Below, one piece after another: positions 26,297-35,700 of a stretch of 52,532 bases of DNA (position 1 is the first letter of the stretch; every line of letters begins with the position of its first letter). The notes beneath the pieces were generated by a model. That model had not been told where the DNA came from. It worked only from the letters and a program-made list of their open reading frames with translations, and made no database searches. Position numbers and translations under genes: made by a program. This DNA comes from a virus. Lineage: Duplodnaviria; Caudoviricetes. The stretch spans positions 1 through 52,532 of IMG/VR virus record IMGVR_UViG_3300032046_005782. One strand, 5' to 3'.

Positions 26297-26337
26297 CGAT
26301 ACTGCTGGCCTGACTTGTCAAGGCAATAGGTGACGCG

Positions 26338-26892
26338 ATGGCACTGACAGATCTGGAGCGGCTGAGGCTGAAGGTCGCAGATCGTCCGCGTTCGCTGCTG
26401 AACGATCCGGTCGGCGTGGGGGATGGCGAGAGCGTGCAGCTTCGCGTTCGAATCGCTCCTGTCGTGGAGGACTCGGACGTCGTGCTGGTCGGGGGCGTAG
26501 TCCAAGAGCGGGATGAAGATTATACAATCTCCCTGGCTACAGGTACACTTACCTTTGCGACTGCTCCCGAATCTGGTGATGCCATCGTTGCGGGTTACTC
26601 GTGGGTGGCGTTTTCGGATGACGAGCTGCAAGACGTTCTTGACCGTTTCCCTGCTATCGACTCCGCTGCGCTTGAGGTCATCACCTGGCTGCTGGCCGAT
26701 GCTGACCGGTTCCTGAAGTACACGTTCGGCCAGGAATCCGTCGACCGGTCGAGCGCGCGCGAGGCGCTGCAATATCTCCAGGAGCGGTTGGGTGAGCTCG
26801 GCGGGGCTCCGGTGGGCCTAGTCAAAGCGGATACGGTGGCGCGTGAAGATCTAATGGCGCCATTCATCACGTCGGCGGAGGTTTCGCCGTAA
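26338..26892 (+). CDS. Head-tail adaptor-like virion protein
   Basis: LERLRLKVAD...FSDDELQDVL adaptor pattern with an inserted GDG...GTLTFATAP domain. Confidence 0.65.
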   Translation: MALTDLERLRLKVADRPRSLLNDPVGVGDGESVQLRVRIAPVVEDSDVVLVGGVVQERDEDYTISLATGTLTFATAPESGDAIVAGYSWVAFSDDELQDVLDRFPAIDSAALEVITWLLADADRFLKYTFGQESVDRSSAREALQYLQERLGELGGAPVGLVKADTVAREDLMAPFITSAEVSP

Positions 26893-27230
26893 TGCCCACA
26901 GTGTTACCTGTTGGCCTGATGGCGGCTACGGTGAGCGCCATTACCCTTGACAATTTCGTAGAGGTGCAGGTCTGGCGGTCGGTCGCGGGTGAAGACACGC
27001 TCGTGGCTACCCTCCAGACCAGAATTGCTGCGACGTCACGGGCTGTGCAGGGACGTGACGCGGGGTCGGTGCAGGGGGCGGTTTCGCCACAGTACTACGT
27101 CATGGCCTTCTCCTGCTCCGTCGACGTGCAGACTCAGGACGAGGTCTGGACTGGTGGGGTTCGTTACCGGGTCGTGGGTATGGATGAACTTCCCCATGAG
27201 TGCCAGGCTATTCTCCTGATGCTCCAGTGA
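26892..27230 (+). CDS. Head closure/stopper-like protein
   Basis: Position; DVQTQDEVWTGGVRYRVVG. Confidence 0.6.
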   Translation: MPTVLPVGLMAATVSAITLDNFVEVQVWRSVAGEDTLVATLQTRIAATSRAVQGRDAGSVQGAVSPQYYVMAFSCSVDVQTQDEVWTGGVRYRVVGMDELPHECQAILLMLQ

Positions 27231-27240
27231 GGAGGGCGCG

Positions 27241-27675
27241 ATGGCGAATATACACGTGGTCGTTTCGGTACGGGACGAGGTGCGGCTGGACTCCCTGATT
27301 CCGGAGGAGCATTTCGGCGGGGGGTACTTCGTGACCAATCGGATCATGGGGGTTCCGTCGTTCACAGTTGGGGCCCGGGTGACGATTGGCGATGCCGAGA
27401 TCGGGGAGATCGTGGCCATCAGCCAGGCGGCCCTGGATGACCGGTGGGAGGTCCACTACACCACACTCGCCGAGATTGCCATACCTGCCGAGGCTGAGGT
27501 GGTGCCGGCCAAACGTCAGCGGGTCCGCAAACCGAGAGCGGCTGCTTCCCCTGCCGGGCCTGTTCTGACCGAGGCTGAGGCTGAGGCTGATGCTCGTCTG
27601 GCCCTTGCGATGCTGGCCAGCATGGAAGGTGCGGGCGGAGATCCGGACGCGGGTGGCCATGAAGACCAAAGCTGA
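27241..27675 (+). CDS. Hypothetical protein
   Basis: GAGGAGG RBS. Confidence 0.7.
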   Translation: MANIHVVVSVRDEVRLDSLIPEEHFGGGYFVTNRIMGVPSFTVGARVTIGDAEIGEIVAISQAALDDRWEVHYTTLAEIAIPAEAEVVPAKRQRVRKPRAAASPAGPVLTEAEAEADARLALAMLASMEGAGGDPDAGGHEDQS

Positions 27676-27901
27676 CCGCGATCGGCAAAGACCTGATGAG
27701 TTGCGGGTAGTCGTATTTATCTCCATGGACATGGGGGGCAGGCTCCAGGCGGCATGCGAATCGCCTACGTTGTCCTTGCATGTGTCACCCGAGGCGGTCC
27801 AGAATCTGCTCCGCCTCGTGGGCGAGTTCCTGGGGCAGGCTGGTCTCGAGGACAGGGTCCGTGAGGCTGCTCCCGATACCAGTCTGGAGAGGTTTGCCTA
27901 G
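27659..27901 (+). CDS. Hypothetical protein
   Basis: Fills the operon gap (MKTKADRDRQ...). Confidence 0.55.
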   Translation: MKTKADRDRQRPDELRVVVFISMDMGGRLQAACESPTLSLHVSPEAVQNLLRLVGEFLGQAGLEDRVREAAPDTSLERFA

Positions 27902-28416
27902 TGAGCAATGGCGAGGGTGAAGGCGAGGGTGAGGGCGAGGGCCTGACGGCTTACAATGACCTGGCTTCCTGGGCGCTGGCCACACTGCGCGATACGGATG
28001 CGGTCTGCGATCTTGTGGTCGGTGGGGATGACGGGGTCATTGAAACCGGCCAGTTGACGTCACAGATGCTGCAGGCTGCGCAGGCAACCCGGCGTGAAGA
28101 CGAGGAATGCGCCAGTCAGGTGCTGGCCATCTTGGTTTGGGATTTGGGCGAGAGTGGCGATGTACGGGAGCGGGTCGCTTCTTTCGCTGTTCTGGTGTAC
28201 GACCGTGGGAAAGGGTACGCTAACATCAGGGGTGCGCGCGAGGCGGTGGTGCAGGCGCTGGTTGGCCAGAACGTGCTACTGGTTCGCGGGGCAATGGTTC
28301 CCAGTGTGCGTTTCGATGGTCGGAGTGGACATTGGAATGTGGAGGAGTTCGACATTGACGCGGAACGTGTCAACTTCTCCGGTCGGCTTGTGGCCGAACT
28401 TGACGAGTACATGTAA
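27901..28416 (+). CDS. Putative tail terminator
   Basis: Size and position immediately before the tail tube gene. Confidence 0.55.
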   Translation: MSNGEGEGEGEGEGLTAYNDLASWALATLRDTDAVCDLVVGGDDGVIETGQLTSQMLQAAQATRREDEECASQVLAILVWDLGESGDVRERVASFAVLVYDRGKGYANIRGAREAVVQALVGQNVLLVRGAMVPSVRFDGRSGHWNVEEFDIDAERVNFSGRLVAELDEYM

Positions 28417-28431
28417 CTAGGAGGTTTTGCT

Positions 28432-29304
28432 ATGCCAGCAACGACACGGGCTTCGGGTGCCGGTTTCAGGCACTTGCGGGTTTACTCGCTAGACAGTAAT
28501 GGGTTTGGGGTTGTGCCAACCCCAGGGGCGGCAGGGTACGATGGCCTGCAGGTGGCCGTCGCTAAGGCGATGACGCTGACCATTCCGGATGCGCAGATCA
28601 TTTCCCATACCGGTGACGACCGGGTTTCCCAGATTGACCTGCTTCCCCCTACGGAGGGGGTTGCGGGCGAGATCAGGACAGGGCGCACAGATCTGACGCT
28701 CGATGCTCTCCTGAGCAACACCAAGGTGCGGGCGCTGGCTTCGATGCAGGCGGGCGCGATGGCCACTGACCAGCAGGGCATGGAGCCGGACTTCTGCGTG
28801 CTGGCCTATCGCCAGGCGGTGGATGCAGACCTGACGTCGGCCAACAAGGGCCAGAGAAACTGGTTGTGGGTACTGCTCTCCAAGGCGCTGATCTTCGCCA
28901 AGTGGGGGGCCATGGAAGAGGGCGGCGCTGACGAAAACACATACACGCTGCAACCGCGTGTCTTCAGCAAGTACCCATGGGGCATCCAGTTTACCCTGGC
29001 AGACGATGGCTATCTGGAGACGCAGGTACTGCGTGGGATTTCGCGCTATCGCCCGCATCTGGCCTACTGGGAAGGGACGGGGGCGGTCGTGGAGTTCCTG
29101 TTCACCACAGGCTTCCATGGGCCTGCCGATGCGGAAGATCGCTGCAAGGTGTACATCTGGACGATCGCCGATGGCCTGGTGGAGGACGTGACGGCGGCTG
29201 TCACCATCGCGGACGATGGCATCACCTTCGACGTCGCTCCCCTTGCTGGCGATATCGTCATTGCCCTTTACGAGATCGCGGACGTCCAGACGGTGACACC
29301 ATAA
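28432..29304 (+). CDS. Major tail tube protein
   Basis: Position before the frameshifted chaperone; HTGDDRV motif; beta-rich. Confidence 0.7.
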   Translation: MPATTRASGAGFRHLRVYSLDSNGFGVVPTPGAAGYDGLQVAVAKAMTLTIPDAQIISHTGDDRVSQIDLLPPTEGVAGEIRTGRTDLTLDALLSNTKVRALASMQAGAMATDQQGMEPDFCVLAYRQAVDADLTSANKGQRNWLWVLLSKALIFAKWGAMEEGGADENTYTLQPRVFSKYPWGIQFTLADDGYLETQVLRGISRYRPHLAYWEGTGAVVEFLFTTGFHGPADAEDRCKVYIWTIADGLVEDVTAAVTIADDGITFDVAPLAGDIVIALYEIADVQTVTP

Positions 29305-29308
29305 CGCC

Positions 29309-29806
29309 ATGCAGACAAAGACGGTCGAGTATCAAGACGGGGACAGGGCTTACCGGCTGGTTGTGACCGAGGCAACTGCGCTGGTTGGGTTGAAGCGGAC
29401 TCTCCTGCGCGGGTCGGGCATGGCCTGGGCCAGGCAATACCGCACTGGTGGCCCTGCCCCTGTTGATGCCCCAGGAGGCGCGGATGCGGAAGGTGCGACA
29501 CAGACGGCGGAAGTTGCGGGAGTTGCGGAAGAAGAGGCGGGCGAGGCAGGAGGAGAAGGGGAAGGGGCAAAATCAGACGGGCGAGATCCGCTGACGGTTT
29601 CGGCGGCATGCATCATGGCCCAGGTGATCTACCCTGACCTTGTCGCGGCTACTACGGAGAGCGAGGGCCTGGACGTGGGACGTCTGGCCATCGAGGAGTT
29701 CCTGGGGCTGGATGAGCGGCTGGTCGGGGCGTGGGAAGAGGCAGTGTATGACCTAAATCCCCACTGGCTTCCCGGCGCTGGAGATGCGCAGGAAAAAAAA
29801 GCCTAG
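29309..29806 (+). CDS. Tail assembly chaperone (gpG-like)
   Basis: Ends ...QEKKA over a slippery A8 run. Confidence 0.8.
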   Translation: MQTKTVEYQDGDRAYRLVVTEATALVGLKRTLLRGSGMAWARQYRTGGPAPVDAPGGADAEGATQTAEVAGVAEEEAGEAGGEGEGAKSDGRDPLTVSAACIMAQVIYPDLVAATTESEGLDVGRLAIEEFLGLDERLVGAWEEAVYDLNPHWLPGAGDAQEKKA

Positions 29807-30084
29807 ATGCCCACCAGCAACAGATTAGGGTTTGGCTAATCGAGTACAATCGCCAACTGGAACAATCCGCCGATGCGGGGATGCTGGAGGAGGATGCATC
29901 CTGGGAGTTGACCAAACCTGAAATGTCGTTCCTCCTGTGGAAGTTGGGGAGGCGCTTCGACTGGCAAATCCCGCTGTTCGATGGGGGGTTGGTAGACTGG
30001 CCTGACTGGTTCCTGCACGATCTTGCGATCCTGGAATGGCTGAACCGCATGATCAGGCGGGACATGGGCCTGGACAAAAAGTAG
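29794..30084 (+). CDS. Tail chaperone -1 frameshift extension (gpGT-like)
   Basis: A AAA AAA at 29794-29800; the -1 frame is open to 30084 (SLDAHQQQIRVWL...GGLVDWPDWF...). Confidence 0.8.
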   Translation, partial: KKSLDAHQQQIRVWLIEYNRQLEQSADAGMLEEDASWELTKPEMSFLLWKLGRRFDWQIPLFDGGLVDWPDWFLHDLAILEWLNRMIRRDMGLDKK

Positions 30085-30094
30085 GGGGTGCGCG

Positions 30095-30337
30095 ATGGTG
30101 GTGTCGACAGTTCCAGATATGCGGCCAGGTGTGCTGCTGGCTCACCCGGAATACCATGGGCCACTCTACCTGGGGACGCTGGCCAGTCCAGACTCTGCGG
30201 CGCTGACGGCTGCGTGGCTTGCGGTATCGGGTCGGGTGGTTGCCCTGGGCGACCACGTCACTTACTTGAACAGCGGGGACTCGAAGTACTATCTGAAAGT
30301 GTTTGTCACGGACTGGCAAACCATAGCGGCTACGTAG
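30095..30337 (+). CDS. Hypothetical protein
   Basis: In-operon ORF. Confidence 0.65.
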   Translation: MVVSTVPDMRPGVLLAHPEYHGPLYLGTLASPDSAALTAAWLAVSGRVVALGDHVTYLNSGDSKYYLKVFVTDWQTIAAT

Positions 30338-30436
30338 GAAGGCGGGCGGGTCTTGATGCCCCTACCCTACGGGGCGCATGTACTTATGTCGGCGAGGGGG
30401 GCCTTCCTTCCTCGCCGTTCGTCGTAGAGGAGCATC

Positions 30437-30904
30437 ATGCCAAAAGTGGGTACTGAAGATCAGGCTTGGGCGGTTGCTCTATCTGCCCTACAAAAAACCC
30501 TCGATGGGGTCCAGGGGGCAATCGACCAATTCCGTCAGCAGGTGCAGGTCGGGTTCAATACCCTGCAGATGGGCGTCAACGCGCTGTCTTTGCAGGTTGG
30601 GCAGATCAATGGGCGGGTCCGTCACGTGGAGGACAGAACGGGTGATCATTCCCAGACGCTGGCCGATCTGACCGGGCAGGTGGCTGCGCACATGGCCAAA
30701 ATCGCCGAGTTGGATGCCATCCTGCAGATGCAGGAGCGGTGGCGGCAGGCAGATCGGCTGGATGCCCAGGTCGACCAGAAAGAGTTGAAGGAGGGCCAGT
30801 CCAAACTCTGGAGCCGGCTTTGGGAGGTGTCAAAGATGGTCTTCAGGGTGACCGAGGGCCTGGCCGTCATGGCGGCTGTTCTGAAGTTCGCGGGGGTTTG
30901 GTGA
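30437..30904 (+). CDS. Coiled-coil protein with C-terminal membrane anchor (possible lysis accessory)
   Basis: Heptad pattern, hydrophobic end and GAGGAG RBS. Confidence 0.7.
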   Translation: MPKVGTEDQAWAVALSALQKTLDGVQGAIDQFRQQVQVGFNTLQMGVNALSLQVGQINGRVRHVEDRTGDHSQTLADLTGQVAAHMAKIAELDAILQMQERWRQADRLDAQVDQKELKEGQSKLWSRLWEVSKMVFRVTEGLAVMAAVLKFAGVW

Positions 30905-31509
30905 TGGGGATTCCGTTTTCCTTTGGCCTGGCTAATTCCTCGCAGAGCGCATGGGCCAGGATGTGGGTGGCCCTGGGCGAGATCGGCGAGTTGGGAAAAC
31001 GCGAGACGGAGATCGTAGCGGATACCGGTCGGCGTGGTATCGCGCGGAATTTCGAGCGCGAACGCTCTCCGGAGGGCGTTCCGTGGGTTCCCCTGGCGAA
31101 GCGGACGCAGGAGGAGCGCAAACGGGGCATTGATGCGCGCGGGGTTCCGTTCCGGGTGGCTCCGCTTCATCCCATCCTACAGCGAACGCGGGACTTGCTC
31201 CTGTCCTTCACAGATCCTCGCCATCCCAGGAACATCACCGAGGTCGACCGCGAAATAGGCGCCACTCTCATTACGCTGAGCGCGGAGGACGATCCGAAAA
31301 CGCCCAATCGCATTGCTACCTTGCATGCAGGCGGGACGGTCCAGAGCGCGCAGGCGCAGTTGGCCTTTGGGCCTGGCTGGACGACCGGCCTGGCTCCCAG
31401 GGGCGCGTGGGTTCCTCCACGGCCGTTCGTGGGTTTGTCCCAGGATGCGCTGGCGCAGGTAAACGAGCAGGTAGTGCGGGTGCTGCACCAGAGGCTGGAG
31501 AGGTTGTAG
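30904..31509 (+). CDS. Phage virion morphogenesis / tail completion protein (Mu gpG family)
   Basis: RNFERERSPEGVPWVPLAKRT, ILQRT, VPPRPFVGLS. Confidence 0.85.
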   Translation: MGIPFSFGLANSSQSAWARMWVALGEIGELGKRETEIVADTGRRGIARNFERERSPEGVPWVPLAKRTQEERKRGIDARGVPFRVAPLHPILQRTRDLLLSFTDPRHPRNITEVDREIGATLITLSAEDDPKTPNRIATLHAGGTVQSAQAQLAFGPGWTTGLAPRGAWVPPRPFVGLSQDALAQVNEQVVRVLHQRLERL

Positions 31510-31524
31510 TTGTAGGAGGTTCCG

Positions 31525-31743
31525 ATGGACACGGAAGGATCAGAACTGTTTACGGTGAGCATTACTCTGAGGGTACGTGACCAGGCTGCTGCCATCGATC
31601 TACTGGCCGACATCCTGCGGCAGATCAAATCGGGCGCGATCAAGACCGAGGGCTTTGACCTGGACTGCTACGCTTCTATGGAGGTTCAGGGGGACATCGC
31701 CCAGTGGGCCACTCCCCTGCCGGAGGTGGACGGTGAAAGTTAG
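31525..31743 (+). CDS. Hypothetical protein
   Basis: AGGAGGT RBS. Confidence 0.65.
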   Translation: MDTEGSELFTVSITLRVRDQAAAIDLLADILRQIKSGAIKTEGFDLDCYASMEVQGDIAQWATPLPEVDGES

Positions 31744-32077
31744 CGAGACAAAAACGGTCACCATTGCCAAAGACGGGGCGCTGTCTGGCGCGTTCGATGC
31801 ACGGGCATTGACCGAGATTTGGCTTGTTACTCCGGCGGCGTGGACGGCTGCAGTCTTGGGGTTCCAGGTCTGCCCTACGGTGGACGGGACGTTCGCTCCC
31901 CTGTACGACTCGGCTGGTGTGCTGGTCGGTGAAACCCTGGCGATTTCGGCGACACAACCTGTTCCTGCCGGGGTTGTGGGTGCCGGCTTCGTCAAACTCT
32001 GGAGCCGAGATGGTGCAGGGGCAAACATCGGCCAGGTGGCTGCGCGGACGTTCACGGTGGTCATGCGAGGGGGATGA
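31733..32077 (+). CDS. Hypothetical virion protein, paralogue A
   Basis: PAAWTAAVLGFQV..TVDGTF.PL.D...GAGFVKLWS. Confidence 0.75.
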   Translation: MKVSETKTVTIAKDGALSGAFDARALTEIWLVTPAAWTAAVLGFQVCPTVDGTFAPLYDSAGVLVGETLAISATQPVPAGVVGAGFVKLWSRDGAGANIGQVAARTFTVVMRGG

Positions 32078-32424
32078 CGATGCGCTATTACGAGACGCAC
32101 ACACTGGCCATCGCCGAGGGCGAGGCGCTGTCTGGCATCCTGGATGTGCGGAGGGTGTCAGAGGTCTGGCTGCTGATGCCTGCCGAGTGGACGGCTGCAG
32201 TTCTTGGGGTCAAGGTTGCTCCTGCGGTGGACGGGACATTCGTTCCCCTGTGCGACACGGCTGGTGACCGGGTCGGGTTCGTGGTCCAGGTGGATGGGGT
32301 CCAGGTGGCTCCGGTCAGTCTGGCTGGTGCCGGCTTCATGAAACTCTGGAGCAATACGGCTGGAGTAGACGAGGCGCAGGAGTTGGAGCGGGTCTTCACG
32401 GTGATGCTGCGGGCAGAGGTCTAA
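32074..32424 (+). CDS. Hypothetical virion protein, paralogue B
   Basis: PAEWTAAVLGVKV..AVDGTF.PL.D...GAGFMKLWS. Confidence 0.75.
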   Translation: MTMRYYETHTLAIAEGEALSGILDVRRVSEVWLLMPAEWTAAVLGVKVAPAVDGTFVPLCDTAGDRVGFVVQVDGVQVAPVSLAGAGFMKLWSNTAGVDEAQELERVFTVMLRAEV

Positions 32425-32435
32425 AGGGGGTCCGG

Positions 32436-32711
32436 ATGGACGACAAATCTACGCAGGGCCTGTTTACTGAGCGCGACTTGACACTGGTCGAGAATTGCCA
32501 GGTGTATGCTGCGGGCAATCCTGGCAGGCTACCTGGCCATGCCTTGATGCTGGTCGTGGCTAAAATCGCGCGGTTGGTGAATCACATGGCCACACTCCTG
32601 ACTCCAGAGGAGATCCAGGAGTGCATGGCGTTCTTCGTGGGTTCCCCCCCCACCCGATGGAGAGATGGAGTTCGGGCTGCGGGTTCCCGTGGGTCACAAA
32701 ACGTACCCTGA
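32436..32711 (+). CDS. Hypothetical protein
   Basis: In-operon ORF. Confidence 0.65.
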   Translation: MDDKSTQGLFTERDLTLVENCQVYAAGNPGRLPGHALMLVVAKIARLVNHMATLLTPEEIQECMAFFVGSPPTRWRDGVRAAGSRGSQNVP

Positions 32712-32764
32712 CGCGGTGGAATCGCCAGCATAGTCGTGCTGACTTGTCAACCTGATAGGTGGGT

Positions 32765-35700
32765 ATGGCCGAGCGTTATGAAATAAAAATCTCCATAGAC
32801 GGGCGAGAGGCGGAGGGGGAGGCCAAGAGGCTCCGCCAGGTAATCGAGGAGCAGATTACCGGTGCCGGCGCGATCCAGTTCGACGTTTCTGGCCTGGAGC
32901 GGCTGCTGGCTGCCAAAGGTTCCCAGGTGGCCATCCAGGGCATGGTGCAGATCACTGGCCTTGATCAGGCAGAGACGGCTTTGCGGCTGCTCCAGGAGCA
33001 GGCTGCTCAGCGAATCCTCATCCAGGGGTCGGTGGATATCCAGGGCCTGACTCGGGCCCAGGAGCAGATGCGGGCTATGCACGAGGACGCTGGCGCGTTG
33101 GGGCGGTCCATCGCCAGTGGGTTGGGGCGGACGTGGGTCAGCCTGGAAGAGAAACTCAGTACCCTCCAGGGCCAGATCACGGGCCTGGTACGGGTCGGGC
33201 AGGCTTCCCACATCGCTCCCGATCTGCTGGAGGGCATGCCTGAACTCGAGCAGGCGCTGTCCAGCCAGGATAAACGGACGCTCGATCTATCCCTGCGCAT
33301 GCAGGAGTTGCAGGCGCGCATCACCCAGTTGAATCAAGCGTTCGCCGAGTTGGGGTCGGTGAAGGTGCAACCCCTGGGGGGCGGTGGCCTGCGGACGCTC
33401 TCCGAAATGTTCAAGGGGTTAGAGGAACCGTACCATCGGGATAAGATCCGCAAGATGGTACAGGGCATCGACGAGGAGTTGGCTCCGCTGGAGAAGATAC
33501 TCAGTCAGCGGATGGATGAGGCGGCTGCTGCTGCGCGTGCACGGGCAGGTCCGCTGGCCGAGGCGGTTGCTCAGGTGCGGGCGGAGTTGGAGGCCAAACT
33601 CGCCGAGAAACCGGGGACAATCACATCCATGACCGGCGCTATCACGGAAGAGGAAAAAGCCTGGGAGGCGGGCTTCGCCGAGTTAGAGCAAAAGTACATG
33701 GCGCTGACTCAAGAGTATGATGCGGTTCGCTCCCAGGCGATGACCGGCGATGCCGAAGACCTGAAGAACCAGATGGCGCTTCGGCGTTCGCAGTTGACTC
33801 AACCCCTGCGCGAAGAGTTCCAATTCTGGCGAGAATGGTCTACGGGGTCGGTGGAGCAAATCTCCGCAGATTTGAGGGCTGCCGGGCAAAGTGCGGCTGC
33901 ACAGGCGCTTCAGGAGATGCAGGGCATCTTCGAAGAGCGCAAGCGGCTGCAGACACAGTTTAAGCGCGCGTTCGGTGGGTTGGCGAAGGGCGGCGAGGTC
34001 GAGTTGCCCAAAGAGGCGCAGGGGACGATGGTGGACTTTATCACTGCCGAGCGTTCCCTGGAGCAGGTGGCGGGCCAAACCACGGGGATTCTGGAGGGAC
34101 AGCGAACGACCATCCAGGGCCTGGTCAGGGTCATGGACGAGGCGGCGCTGGCTGCTGCCGGCCTGGGGAAAACCGAGCGGTTCGCGCTGGCGCAGATGGA
34201 GGCGGTCGGCAGGCGCGAGATCCGGGCGGAAACGAAGACGGGGGTTCCCCTGGAGGATGCGGCTGCGCAGGTGACCGAGATCATGGCCAGGCTCACGGTC
34301 GAGGCGCAGAAACTCCATGCGGGTATCACTGCGGCGATGGAGGGTGAGCAGGCTCGCCAGGCTGCAGAGAAATCCGGGCGGGGTATCGTCGGGGTTTGGG
34401 AGTGGGTGCGCGAGCGGCTGGTCGGGCACTCGATCATTCCCGAAATGGTCCAGGAGATCCAAGTCTGGCTTGCGTCCATTGGCCAGCAGGATGTGTTCTC
34501 GTCCGTGGCCAGCCAGGGCGAGGGGGCGGCTGACCGGCTGGTGCGGGCCTTCTCGCAGATCGCTTCTGCCTTCCCTGCTGAACAGGTTGCGGGACAGATC
34601 CGTGTACTGCAACAGGAAATCTCGGCGCTGGAGGGCCAGTTCATGGAGGCTTCTGTGCGCGGGTCGGAGGCTTCCGAGCGGTATCGCCTGGGCTTCGAAG
34701 AGGCGGCTAACGAGGTTCGACGCGTTCTTGGGGAATCGGCGGAGATCGAGGGCAAACTGGCCCAGGGCATGCTCCCGGCGGGGTTCAAGGTCGGCGCTGG
34801 CGAGAGCATCTGGCAGAAAGGCGAGGGTGAGGCCAGAGCGCGGTACGGCGAGACGGCTGCCGAGGGTGACCGGTGGTATCAGGCGCTGCGATCGAACATC
34901 GAGGAGATTGGACGACAAGACCAGGCGGAGATGGATCGCCTCGCCAACGCTATCGTCCAGAAACAGGCGCAGGTTGCGGCGCTGCAGCATGCCCAGTTGG
35001 TGCAACAGGCTGAGGCGTATGAACGCATTCTGGCCCAATCTCCCCCTGCCGATCCTGGCGAGCGCCAGGCGCTGGCCGACCAATTGGCGGCGACTTACAA
35101 TCAGATCGGGGTCTCTGAGGATGCCCTACTGCGGGCGGCTGACCAGGTGGGTGAATCGGTGGCGCTGGAGGCTCAGCGTCAAACCGAGCGCATCCAGGAG
35201 GAGGCGCGTGAGTTCGTGACCGGTGGGGAGGGCCAGGCACTGTTGGGGGCGGCAAAGGCTGAGGTGGCCGAGCGGTCTCAGGCTGCGCGAGCGCAGGCTG
35301 AGACGATTATCGCCGAGGCGCGTGCTGCTACCGAGGCGCAGATCCAGGAGGAGAAGCGGCTGACGGCGGAGACGGTAGCAGAGACTAAGGTCAGGGTAGC
35401 GCAGAAAACCGAGGCGGCTGACCGTGTTACCATCAGGGCGCAGGCTGCGCGCGAGGTGGAAGTTCTGGGCGCGAAGGCTGCGGTGGCGGCTGTAACCGAG
35501 GCGGAGAAGCGGACGACCGCCTTGACCAAGGCGCAGATCCAGGATCAAACCCGGCTGATAAAGGAGAAAGAGCGGGCACTGGCGCTGGAGGGCCAGGCGC
35601 GTCAGATGGCCGCTCAGTTGGGCATTCAGTGGGACACGTACATCCAGAAGGCTATCGAGGCGGGTGTTCCTCTGCAGACTATCGTCGGTACGCTTCAGCG

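Noticed and set aside
33683-35083. 466-aa minus-strand ORF
   Set aside because: Antisense to the tape measure gene.
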